From Raillietiella orientalis (lineage: Eukaryota), in assembly GCA_036172245.1 (NCBI GenBank), contig JAYWIR010000007.1, positions 124,001 to 188,000 on the forward strand: a stretch of 64,000 nt of DNA. The letters run 5' to 3'. The translations under genes and the position numbers were made by a program. The notes beneath the pieces are model-generated. The model was not told the DNA's origin. It worked only from the letters and a program-made list of their open reading frames with translations, and searched no databases. Of this stretch, positions 11,641 through 23,800 are shown one piece after another. Position 1 is the first letter of the stretch. Each line of letters begins with the position of its first letter.

Positions 11641-13084
11641 CTTGGCCTCGCGAATCCGGATCGTGCCGCAACGACTGCGCTTGCGCCGTTGCCTCTGGAA
11701 GCGTCGTTGCACATCGCACCTTCCGCTTGCGAACAGATTGAGAAAGGAAGTTTCCGGGAGTTTGCAGGGTTCGGAAAGCGTCGCGCGCGATTCCCGCCGC
11801 AGGACATTCGGGCGCCTCAGCCGGGGAACCTTCCAGCGATGCGGCGCGGCCGAGGGCGACCCCTCCCGCATCGGCCGCCGCCCCCCCCCTCTCGCGTTCC
11901 TTCCTCTGGAAGGGTCTTCTTCGCTTCCTGGAAGTGCCTGCCTGACCTCCCTGTCTTCGACGTGTGAAGAGTCGAGCAGCGTTGGCGGTAGTAGGTGCGT
12001 ATGCTGTCTCTTCAGAGGGCCTCGCGGCTCGTCCACTCCAGAATTCCCGGGGTGTTTTCTTCCCATTACCGCCGCGCCGGCGAAGGACCCTCACGTGTGA
12101 GGAAGCCAAGCATAGCATCAGGGAAACACGCGCGGTGCACCAGGAACGAGCTTGGTGACGTGTCGTTTAGTCGATACCGCAGGGTTCCGTGGCAGTGGCG
12201 GCTGCCACGCAGCTTCGCGTTTCTGCAGGAGTCGGTTGCTAAGGTCCTCAATCCCTCACCTTTTCCCGTGAATGACGTCTTCCTTTCACTTGCACAAACA
12301 AGGAAGCAATCCGGTGTCCGAGACGAGGTGAGTCCGAATTTGATTATCTTTTCAATATCGGGATGCACAGTCTAATTCAGCGTTAATCCTTGTCCCTCTC
12401 CGCCCTCCCTGTCAAGGACAAAGGAACGCATCCTGCGTTTAGCGCACCCTTCCTGAGAAAACGAGCGTTTCGTTCTCGCAAGGCGGGACGCCGCCTTCGC
12501 GAATTTGATGGAAATGGAGGTGCGGACGGGGAAAGCCTTTCGCTACGCTGTTAAAAGGGGGTGCTCAAGGGGACGATGGTAGGGACTGGCGGGGTCGGAT
12601 GAGCTGTCCGTTCGCAAGGGGAGGGTTTTCGTGACATTTTCCAGCCGATCGGGAACTGCGTCATCTCCAGCCAGCAAGCAGGGGAATGAGGCGCCAAGCA
12701 CTGCTGGTGGGTTACGCTGGCGATCAACGGGGGAAGCGGAGCGCCATTTCGAGTGTTGCCTCGTGGTGGCTCCTGCGTAGCCGAAACGTTTCCGCTCCGG
12801 CTTCTTTGATGCAGGTGACCGGTCAGCGCTCACCGTATCCTATCCATCAATCGCTGCTCCGTTTGGTAATGGATCCACTAAAAATCGCACGAGAGCGGAT
12901 GCAGAATTGCGATTTGTGGTTTCCGATTCGTGGACGTGCAGCTTGGTGCCGGAAAAGTGATCCGTTTCCAGCGTTTCATTTGAGAGCGGTAGACGGGAAA
13001 GAAGTTAGGGGGGATGGTCGCACGTTGCCACCTCTTTCCAGGTTTATTTGGACCTTCTCGCTTTCCCTGATTTTCTCCGAGTAG

Positions 13085-13500
13085 TGCCCCTCCCGGGGCA
13101 CCCGAAGGGAACCATTCGCTTATTCACCCCGAAGGGTACCCACCATGGGGGGGGCTGACCTATCATTTTTTCTCTGAAGGGAACCCGAAAATGATGCACT
13201 CCTTGTTGCTACTCCGAAGACGCTTCAAAGTTTCTCTGAAGGGAACTTCTGACACTCTGGAGAGGTGCCAGCCATCCAGCTCCATGGTACGCCACGGTAG
13301 GGCACCATTTTCACAACCAGAGGAAGGACCCGGAAAGGCTCCTTGACTCCTGGAAAAACTCCGGAGCATGGACTTCCACTCCCACACAGTCAGCGTGGGC
13401 GTCCGGTTTCCGGTTTCCTCCGGTGCCGCATCCGAATAGGCCAACCAGCGTCATCTCTCGGGCGAACCCGGAATCCAGGACGCGTCCCTTTTTTCTGGGT
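13085..13500 (-). repeat. Rep-A copy (reverse)
   Basis: The reverse complement contains GAGATGACGCTGGTTGGCC..TGCGGCACC..GGTTGTGAAAA..CCATGGAGC..ACCTCTCCAGAGT. Confidence 0.75.
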
Positions 13501-13895
13501 CGGTCCTTCCCCAGGCGGGATATTCGAACTCGCCACGCTTGGTACGAAGCTCGGAGGGCGCAGCCCCACGGTCACCAACGCGGGCGTCTTCTTACAAAGG
13601 GGCTTTTCCCCGGAATCGCGCTCTCCCGAGGAATGGTTTTTGCGGTTGTTCGTGGAGGGTGCACTGAAGAGTTCATTCGCGCTGTGGGTAACTTATAATA
13701 GCGACGTGATGGCCAACAGCTCCGTCATGCCGTCGGTCGACGCTCATGTGCTAAAGGCTCTTCCGTTGTTTCTATGCACCGTCTTGAGGCAACAGGATGT
13801 GACTCATGGGTGACTGATGAATGGGTCGGGAGTTTGTTCCTAAGGGAACACTGATGCTGGATGCGAAAGCCCTATCCCTTGATGACGACATAAGG

Positions 13896-15118
13896 AAAAA
13901 ACACATCGTCCTCTGCAACAAGTGGTATATCGTGTTGGTAAGCAAAGTCGATTAAGGTTTCCTCGAGCTCCACCTCTTTACTCATGCCATGACGCTGCAG
14001 TTCAACATATGAGTGACCACTGAATTCTGAAAGCGGTTTTTCAATTCTCTCTTTATCTTGCCCCAATAACAGTGGAGTCAACATTCCTTCGTGTCCACCG
14101 GTAAAAGCAATTAGACGTGAACTTGACCCTACAAGGGTAAAGTGACGTCATATACGACACATAAGGAACTAAAGCGTGCCATGACTCTTTGCCATGGTTC
14201 CGCGTTGCCGTTCCAGCTACCTCTTACTCAGCCTCCCGCATGCCTGCAGCCGCGATTGAGTGCACATCGCTTTCGTTCTGTGTCGAACACGACACCACGT
14301 TCCCTTTCACGTTGCATATGAAAATTCGCACCCGTGGCCTCTCACAATGAAATTTTCACACGAGATGAGCGGGAAGGGTTGACTGGACGCCGTGAAAAAG
14401 GGGGAACTAATTGGGAAGAGTTTTTGTCTGTCGAAGACAAAGATTTGGATGACGGAAATACGGAAGCAGGGAGCGAACAAGAGGAGGAATCTTCAGCTGG
14501 CGGAAGAGATGTGGATGGCCTTTGAGAGTGTTTTTTGTGGAATGTAAGACGGGGCTGGGACAAATTCGCGCGTGGGGCTCACCTTGCCAACAGCCTTGGA
14601 AATCCAAATTCTAAAGTTGTTCCCAGGAAAATGTTCCTTCGAAATTTAGGGTACCAGCTTGTAACACCTCATGCGGGACGACGGTTACGTTGCAGAAATT
14701 TGTCCCGTTCTTTGCGAAATTGGATTTTTTGTCTGCACTAAATAAAGAAGATCTGAGGTTCCGAGATGTTCCGCAAGAACCGCCCACAAGCGCTGCGAAG
14801 CGCGCCCACCTTCCGCCAGCCGGAGAGGAAGGGCAAAGCGTTTCTGCCGCCGAAAAGTCGTGTGCCCCCAACACCGAAGGCCTTCATGCTGTGAATATCC
14901 AAATAACTTATCGAATCATTCGTAAAGATAACTGAAATTCATCGACAAAATAAAATGTTTATGTAAAAGTATCAGGTTCTTGTACTTCCATTTGGAGTCC
15001 CATATGACAACACCACCTAACCATTTTCACACACTAAATTTTCACGTCACCCTTCGAGGGTTAAATTTAATAGCTCTTCAAAATCAACGTAAGGAATGCC
15101 ACTGTTACTTTTGCGCTT
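13896..15118 (-). pseudogene. dnaE: Bacterial DNA polymerase III alpha (PHP domain) fragment, Wolbachia/Rickettsiales-like, split by piggyBac (parts 15061-15118 and 13896-14126)
   Basis: Joined translation KRKSNSGIPYVDFEELLNLSSRLIAFTGGHEGMLTPLLLGQDKERIEKPLSEFSGHSYVELQRHGMSKEVELEETLIDFAYQHDIPLVAEDDVFF carries the DnaE motifs LIAxTGG, YVELQRHG and IPLVA(TN)DV. AT-richer than the flanks. Confidence 0.85.
14127..15060 (+). mobile_element. Internally deleted piggyBac-family DNA transposon (934 bp)
   Basis: Flanked by TTGA (14123-14126) and TTAA (15061-15064). Imperfect TIRs CCCTACAAGGGT / CCCTCGAAGGGT (rc). Acidic N-terminal remnant (14334-14525), C-terminal remnant RKMFLRNLGYQLVTPHAGRRL and Cys-rich VCPQHRRPSCCEY. 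Catalytic core absent. Confidence 0.8.
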
Positions 15119-15849
15119 TCCAGGGGACTCGCCCACCAAAGTGACCCAATTAGTGTGCCCTCGCCCGTGTTTTGCAGCACGGGTACGCTTTGTTCCGAGA
15201 GCCTAGCTGAAATGGGGCACCCCATCATTAGTTGCGTTCCAAATAAGTGAGACGTTGCGCTCGCTGCTGTACTAATCAGATATCCGGATGCTGCAACCGG
15301 AGCTTTTTCATACATTCTCGTGGAAACCAGAATGTAAGAAGAAAGAGCCAAAATTCTCCCCTTCCCCCCACCGTGAACATAAAGACGGAACGTGGTGAGC
15401 GTTCAAAAAGATAAAAAGAAAAAACAAAAAGAAAAGAAAACGCCAGAAATGCCATCCTGAGGGGAACTCGGGGGAATCTTCTCGTGCATCCTCGCGCGGT
15501 GGGCTCCCGGCGCCAGATTCTTGGAGCGCGCTGGGTTTGCGCGGAGCAGGACTACGGCCTCCCCGTGAACTCGAGGAGCCCCTTGGACGCAGGCCCAGGA
15601 TGGTCGTGCAGAGGGGGCCCTTCGCGGCGAAATGGGCGCTGAAAGAGCCAACTTCACTTTGCGCGCGCGGCGGCGGAAAATTCGCTTTGCCGTCTCTGCG
15701 CGGATGGCGGGGGAGGCAAAGAGAACTCGTGTCCTCGCCCGCGGGCATGCACTGCACCTGGGGCCGTCTGATAGGGCGTAGTACCTGTTGGTGCCCACCT
15801 ACTTCCCCTCGAAAGTCCACTGCATGTGGACCAGGCATTACTCGCGTCG

Positions 15850-16510
15850 GAGGCTGCGTGGCACCACCAGGCGTCGCGGGTTCGAATACTCGGGAAGAAC
15901 AGAATGGGGGTCGCGTCGTGGATTGGAGTTCGTCCCGCGAGATGACGCTGATTGGGCTCCATACGAGTGCGGCACTGGTGGCGGTTCAAACCGGATGCCC
16001 CCGATGAGCGGGCCGCGATTAGGAGTCGACCTTCCGGGGTCGTTCCAGGAAACAGAATCAAGGATTGGGAATTCCCCTCCGGTTGTGCAAAACAGTGGAC
16101 TCCCCATTCGGGGGGGACCCTCCGTCTGGTACCATGGAACCGGTGGATTTATGACACGCATCCAGAGTGTAGAGAAGCGTGCCGCTCCCTTCGGGGAGCG
16201 ACCTTTTGAGAAATTTCGGAAGCGTTCCTTCGGGGTTCTTTTCAGAGGAGTAAACAGGAAGAGGTTCCCTTGAGAGTTCCCTCCGGAGAAGAAATTCCTA
16301 TCAGCGGATCCTTTCTGGATGCTCTTCAGAGAGGAAGAAAATGCAGCGTACCCTTCCGGGGATCCCTCCGAAGAGAATAAGGAAGGAGATTCTCTCCGAG
16401 ATTCTCCTTCGGAGACAACCAGGGTGGAGGGTTCCCTTCGTGGACTCCTCCCCAGGCATGCGAGGAGCGGGACTCCCATATCCGGAGTCCTCCCTGGATT
16501 CCTAGGGAGG
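15850..16510 (+). repeat. Rep-A copy (longest)
   Basis: Conserved core 15935-16170; the 3' part 16210-16505 matches 59490-59740. Confidence 0.85.
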
Positions 16511-19500
16511 TCGGGGCACCCCCCCATCTTGTAGAACTGAAAACTTCCACGTGATCAGGCAGCAGCTCGAGTGACGAGCTGCGGCCAACGTGGATGGGAT
16601 CTCTCAAGGGAACTCAAGTGATGGGCGCCTGCCTGGTGATGGCGTCGCGTGACGCGGCTCCAAGAAAATCTGCACTGAGGTGCGTGAGCGCTCGCATGAA
16701 GCGCCCAGAGTGGGTCCGCAATGGCGCATGAGGGAGCGGTGCGAGGGACCTGCAGTGTCGGGCAGCACTCGCTGAAGGGAGCAGAGAGCACCCTTCTTTC
16801 AGTGCTGGTTTCGAGGCCGAGACGGTTCGAGTCGAACCCTGCAGGAGAAATGCACCAGCTCTCGGTCGCCGCGCTGCTCGTCTCGGTGCGAGCCCGTGGC
16901 ACTCAAGCAGCGTGGAGTTTGACCTGTGCCCCGAAGAGGCAAAGAAACTGAATGCTCTTGACCAAAAGACCGGAATCGGGGCTGCTCGCGACCGGCGCTG
17001 CTCCTGCTCGCACGCCAAGAACAGGGGTGACACAGAACTGAATCTGCTCTCCAGAGCTCTACAAAGATGGTTGCCAACGGAGGCACCTCTTGGGAGGACG
17101 AGCTGCTGGTTTCGGATTCTTGAGGTCCGCGCTGGAAGGAGAAGATTGGTGGAAGACTTCTGGGGACTCGCCCGATTCTTCCGTGGGACTTCCTCCTGCG
17201 CTCCGTAGCGCATGACATTGACATTTGGCCTCCTGAAGGACTTTGAATGTTCTTAAGAGCGGACATCGGAATCAAAATTCCGAAAGCCGGGATCCCAAAT
17301 CATCAAAATATAGGATGTCGGCGGTGACAGCACTGCGACGAGCCGCAGGAAAGGGCGTGGCACCTCCGCAAACTCCGTAACCGCCTGCTCTCGAATTCTG
17401 CCGTGATGACGTGACTGCCAGCTGCCGTCCCTCGCCGGACGGCCTCGCTCCTCTGTTATCGGGGCGACTCTTCCGTTCTCATTCGGGGTGCGACCCCCGT
17501 CAGAGCGGGCAACATCGCGGCGAGGCAGCTGCTTCCGTGCAACGGCTCCAGAAGAGGGAAAGTGCCTTGGCGCTGTCAACTTGCAAACATTCCAAGTTCT
17601 TCGCCCTCGTGCGTGGACGCTGCTTTCGTGCTTCCAAGTGGGCAGCACGGGTCGAGCGTGGCGTCGTGTTGGTTCGAGGGCGAGGTTTGGTCTCGACGGC
17701 GACTGTATGCCGGGAGGCGGATTCCTCAGGTCCCATCTTGTTCGACCGGTATCCTTCGAGCTGGAGATGACAAGGGAACAGAAGATGAAATAAAATTGAC
17801 AGGGCAATGCGTTAGGGTGCTCTGGACTACGAACGAATCTTCTGGCTGTCCGGGGCTAAGCGTTTTTGGAATGCTCGGTGGAGCCTCTTTGGAATGATCC
17901 AACGAAAGATGCAGGGAAGCGATGGCACTTCTGAATCCGCGATAACCTGGAATGGCGGGTGTTCCCATCCCAACGTGTTCCTCCGTGGACTCTTTCATCT
18001 CTGGAATCAAGTCGTACGGGGGAAGCAGCCGCACAATCGGCTACACCACGCGATTTTGATGCACCACAGGGGTCGAATTTCAGCATGGCGGTGCGAAGCG
18101 CTTGTCGAGCTGGGGAGCGGTTAATGAGGATTGGTCCTCGTGCCACGTGTGCTCTTTCGATGTATGTGGTCCGCCACCTCACCGCAAGGGAAGAGTCGGC
18201 ACCTCCCAGCACACCGATTCCTGCCTCTGTTCCTTGACACTGATTTACGCTTTTCACCAAGGTTTCCTCTGCGGACCTGGAAGAGGAATTCAGGAATCCA
18301 GGACCCCTTCAGCATCCTTCTTCCCGTCCGAGCAGCTGCTCCGGAAAGATGGTGAGGGAGTCCGAGTGCAGCAGCAGCAAACCGGAGAGCTGCGCATGCG
18401 GGCTGCCTGAAAAACCACCGTTGTTCATCGAGAAAGCAATGGAGAGTAGGTTTCTGGAAGATGAGGTGGCTGAGATTTTCGACAGCGCTGAGGAAGCGTC
18501 GGAAACTCACGTGCTGCGTTTGAACTGCAAGAGTAAGTGCAGCCTCCTATCGTAGAGATGAGCATCATGTGCTGTTTCCGCGTTGTCTTCTTGGAAAGTC
18601 GACCTGTGGTCTTTCGGGGCGAGGTGCGGTCGCGATCGCGGGTCGTGCCGAGCGCAGGCGCACGCAAGGAAGCCCAACGCATTCTCGAAGCTTCGACAGG
18701 GACGTGACCTCCCCCACCTCCCCAGAAGCAAAGAGCAAGAACGGAAGTGACCTGTGCATTGCCTTTCGTAGTCGCTTGCTCGACCGTTGCTGCGTTTAGG
18801 ATGATTGCTTTGTCTTTGTGGTGCAGCGCCACGCTCTCTCGCCTCCTCCCTGGCAACAGGTTGGTTCTGGGAGCTCTGCCGCGCAAACGCGAACGTCCAT
18901 TTGCCCGAGCCAATTGCCCACGAGCTGCCTGAGCACGCACTGATCGGCGAGCATCCTTTGAGAAACAGATGGCAGATGCATGGACGCCAGCCAGGCCGTC
19001 CCTCACTGGCCCACTTTCTTTCCCATCATTCCCTCCCTGTTGGGGGATCGGGAACAAAGCTCCTGCCGACGTTGTGCTGCTCTTCCGCTGACAGTCTGTT
19101 CGAGTTCTTCCTGGAAAAAGTTTACTGCTGCCCTTTGGGCTGCTCTTCCTTTCACCTCTGGAAAGAAACCAGCAGTCTGTTTTCTCGAAGGGACCCGACT
19201 GGACCGAGTCTCTTCTTTCGCTGCAACGTGGCTCCGGTATCAGTTCGCAGCTGTTCCGCTTTCGTCTTTCGCCTTCCAGATCGAAGGCGCTCCAACTCCG
19301 GGCTTTTCCGGATCAGCCTTTGGGGAGGGAACCCTTTCCCACTGATGCCTTCTTTCCTCCGCAACCTGTTCGCTCGTGGTTTTCCGCTAGGATTTCCTTG
19401 TCCCTTCCTCCGCTGCCTTCCAGGTAGAGGGATCCTTAACGCGATTCTGACTCGAGAACCTTGCAACCATCCTCTCGTGAATAGAGCGCACCGAGCGGAC

Positions 19501-20891
19501 CCTGATCCAGCCGGGAGCGATGGTAACTTGCAACACTTCCAGCAAAGCTGCCTGCTTGGAAGATTAGGGAATGCATGAGGGAGAAACAGCAGCGTGAGGA
19601 GGTGTTCACGTGCGCGGATTGACATTCCCTTGTTAAGGTGAGGGCTACGCATGGTGGGTTGAGTTCCGGGGTTCGGACCCGCAACCTTTCGCTCACCACG
19701 GGGGATTTCGCCAATGCACCAAGTTCAGGGCGCGAGTAGAAAGTCCTGCCGCTTCCCAGGCTGTGTGGGATGCTAGACGACGCCTTCATCTCACTGATGA
19801 AAGTTCGTATCAAATCTTCGCAATTCAGCATGGTTTTCAGACGCGGTGCTCCCTGATAGAGCATGGCAGAGACCAGGGAAAGGTCACGTCATGCGCCTTT
19901 GCATCGCACGGAAGCTGCGAACACCCCCCTCACTTAGGAGGGGTATCCCATCCTGCTCGATTAACGGTCTCCCGGTCGGAAGGAGGAAAAGATCGCAGCT
20001 GCAGAAGGTGGCGAGTGACCTGGGATGGGACGCGTTCTGGATCGCTGTTCGTGGCACTCTCTTCTGTCCGGCTTTTCGCCGGCTGAGGGCGGCGGCGCAA
20101 GGGAACCGGGCAGTGGTTTCCTACAGGCAGCTCATCCCCGGAGGGGATTCTTATCTTCATGCACGTGTGGGGCAAGAAGGGAAGAATGCTCGTCCTGGAC
20201 GCTCCCTGCCCTTCGACAGCTCTCCGAGCATTCAGAAAAAGTGCTCGACGAAGCGAGGCGACAGAATGCAAAGACATCACTGCCCTCTCGTCGACGAATG
20301 GTGCTCAGGTGACCACCGGAGGTGACCTTGCTGTTGGCTCTCTAGGGTCCTGGTGTACCCCCATGATGAAGAAGTAACGCGCGAACTCGACTTCACCTCG
20401 GCGAAATGAGGTGCCTCACGGTCGTCCCTAACGACCAATGTGGCCGCGATATAGACGGAACCCATGGGTTGGGGCATCCTCCCGACGGAAGACTCACCCG
20501 GAAAATCGAGTTCTATGAAGAACTGGTACCAACTGATGCGGATGCGGGCGGAGGCTCTTTACACGTGCGATTCGAACAAGGTGGACAAGGCATGGCGACG
20601 GAGATGGTCAAGAACCATCGTCCTTCATCTTATGCCGCTCGCTGAATGAACAGAGTCGCGTCTGTTTAAAGTTCCTGTTTTTGTATCGGTTCGGGCTGCC
20701 CAGCGGTCCACAGCTAGCCGAGGATGAGCACCCTTGACGGGTTCTTTCAGGGACTAGCCGCGAGCGATGCTGGAGAGCGCGGCGCATGCCGGCCACCCTG
20801 ACGACTGCGATGTCCATCGTTTCCGACTAGAACGATGGAGGTGCCTGAGCTGAAATCTCGGCTTCCTCTCACTAATTCTTCCTTCCCCCAG

Positions 20892-23800
20892 GGATTCCGA
20901 CTGCGGACATATGCGAGAGTTTCGCCCACCTCCGCGAGCTGGATCTCTGCTTCAACAACATCAGGAGGATCGAATGCCTCTCTCACCTGAGGGACCTGCA
21001 GATCCTGAAGATGTCGCACAACGACATACGGAAGATCGAAGGTCTGGAGAACCTGACCAGCTTGAGAGAGTTGAACCTCTCGTCGAACCGGATCCGGAAG
21101 ATCGAGTCTCTGGACCACCTTCGGCTTCTGAAGCTGCTCTCTCTGAGGAGCAACCAGATCAGGGATCTGAGCAACGTGAGTGTGGAGATGGGTCGAACGA
21201 CTCTGCCCACAACATCCTTGAACCCTCCCGAGCTCCGGTACCTCCCAGCAAACTCCCACACCTCCTCCAGATCAGAAAGAATGGGAGGAGGGATGGGGAA
21301 GTGGGGAGCGGATGCCAGCCACGTCCAGCCCCTTTCCAATCCCTTCGACCGGTTTCTTCCTGCAGGACTAACGGCTGCCCCCGCGCAGTCTCTGGAACGG
21401 AAGGGTGCGAAGTCACCCCTCCGCAAGTTCCCTCCTCCCTCCCTTTCTGACTTCCTGTGTCCCAGGAAAACCGTCTGTGTGCCTTCCCTGATCTGAAAGA
21501 GAACTTCTTCCTGGAAACCGATCCTCGGCGGCAGCTGTGCTAGCGCTCTCTGAATCCAAGTGCACCCTCCCCTCCTACCTTGCGGGTGCGCGCTGCCCGA
21601 GGCGCGAAGCGCTGCCGGACAGATAGGTGGTTGATCCTGTCCCCTTTCCCCCGGACAGGGCTACCACTTCCCTCTCTTCCTCCTGCCTGGATCCCTCTTG
21701 CAGGTGGTCTGCTTGAGCTGCCTGCCCTACTTGAAGTCCGTCAGCTTCGACGGAAACCCCGCAGCCTCCCGATGGCAGTACAGGAAGTTCGTCATCGCGC
21801 GGCTGCCAGGAGCGGAGTACCTGGACTACCAGCTGATCACCAGGAAGGAACGTGTCCTGGCCAGGATGCTTTACAGGTGATTCGGAAGAAGAGAAGCAGG
21901 AAGCCCGTTCACGCTCCCTCCCTCCACGCGAACGGTTCTTCCCGGAGAGCACGCGGCTGCCTTCCCGGAAGGAAAGGACGATGGGGAGGAAACTCCCTTT
22001 TTTTCCTGCTCCCATCTTCTACCCCATCCCTCGCTTCTGGTCGTCGTCTTCCTTGTTCGGCCTCGCGCAGTGCGCTTCAACCTGTGGCAAAGACGCGGGG
22101 GCGAAGTCACCGCCTCGATGGAACTTCGGCCGCCCTCTGTCGCTCCCTGGGTACCTCTATACTCCTCCCCCCTCAACTACTGTCACATGCCCTCCTCCTT
22201 TTCGCTATCCTCTCCCCTCCCTCCCTTCCTGCTCTACCGATCTCGAAAAAGCCGGGTTGTATGTCTTTCTCGAAGCGCTGGTCCGCCACCGCGATCTCCT
22301 CACGCTGGATCCGTGGCTGCTACCATCTCCATAGAGATTTTCCCATAGACACGCCGACTGCCTCTGGAGATAACAGCAGTGGTGGCGGCCACCACGTGTG
22401 GTCCGCTGTCGCCGGAAACGATCTGCGCTTGCGGGGACCGTGAAGGAGGAGGGAAGGGGAAGAGGGCAAAGCGAGGACGCGTCCGCTGAGCCGCCGCGTG
22501 GTACGGACGGGAGATCGCCGTCTCCAGGACCTTACGACCGTGCGGACGCTGGTCCCGCGTTCCCTAGGCAACGCCGCTCGTTTCTCGTCGTCGTCGTCCG
22601 CGGGTACCGCCTTGAAGTGCTCCCGACCTTGCAGCTCCATCCCCGGTCGTCGGGGTGTGGTTGCTGACGAAGAGAGAGACGGCGCCAGCCTCCATGCTTG
22701 AGCATTCCTTCACCATGGCAACCTGGTTTTCCTCATTCGCGCACTGCACAGGCGAATGAATTCGTTAAAAGCCACCTGGAAAACCTATAGTGAAACAGTG
22801 AGAGTCCTTGGATGAGGTTCCACCCCCTTTATTCGCTCTCCTCGGAAGGAAGTGCGCGCCGGGCACTCGCCTCCGAGGAAAGGCCATGTTCCCCGGAACC
22901 GGTGGGAAAGCAAGGCAGTGACCATGGCGACGAACAGCAGCGCAAACGGTTGTTTCTCACCTTCCGCTCCTGCGATGTGTGTCATCTGCCACCCGCGCTG
23001 GAGGTCGCAGCGCCACCGGGCATCCCAAAGACAGCAACAGCAGCCCTACCTTCTTTGCTGATCACCAGCTTCTCTGGAGACCCACAGGAACTGGTGCAGC
23101 CACCTCTTACCTGTGCCACGGAGCACCGCGCGGTATCTTGCACTTCCTTCCAGTCCGCAGGCGGTGGCGGCGCGCGCGCGCCGAGCTGCTGCTTCTGCAC
23201 TGACTGAGCGACTCGCTCTCAGCCCACAGCTCCTCAGAGGGACCCGCAGCTGGGCCTGGAAGGAAGTGACCGGCGAGCGAGCGGGACTTGCCGGATGGAA
23301 CTCGCTACTCAAGGACCCTTCCCTGCGCTCTTCCCCTATCGCCTCCCTGCTGCTGGCGGGCGTCGAGGAACTGGAAAAGATCCCGTGGCCGGAGGACGCC
23401 AGCTTCGTCGAGTATCCTTTTGGAGGGAGGAAAGAGGAAGGGGATGGAGATTAGGGAAGAGAAGGGAACGAAAGCTCAGGGACGCGTCGACCGAGAGATC
23501 TGACGTTCCCTTCCGGGAAGCCGCATTCCATGCCCTGAGAAGGTCTTCCGTCTTGTTCTAAGGGAGGGTGGGGGAGGATGCCCGGAAAGAGTTCTCCCAC
23601 ATGGCCTGAAGCGATGTTGGCCGCGGCCCGGGAAGACACCGCCCTGGAGGGGCGACGGGCAGATCCAGGGCGGATCCGTCCGCCCTTCTCCCTCGCTTCC
23701 GGGAAACACCAGCGGTCGCCGTGGTATCACCCGCTCCAGGGACCCTTTTCCTACCTAACCTTGCTTCCCCCTCCCCTTCTCCCGAGGCCCTTCCTTCCAG

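Noticed and set aside
12120..12335. Exon-like segment ending in GTGAGT
   Set aside because: No recognisable product or linked exons.
13835..13870. Hammerhead-like TGTTCC-TAAG-GGAACA CTGATGC..GAAA
   Set aside because: The core is CUGAUGC rather than CUGANGA, and stems II and III do not pair.
16790..16845. 2A-like ..ESNP motif or a pol III B-box (GGTTCGAGTC)
   Set aside because: Needs several indels to give DxExNPGP; no A-box or cloverleaf.
18700..19650. Minus-strand LCWKCCK knuckle-like LINE remnant (similar weak hints at 540-890 and 40800-41450)
   Set aside because: Too degenerate to support a call without a profile search.
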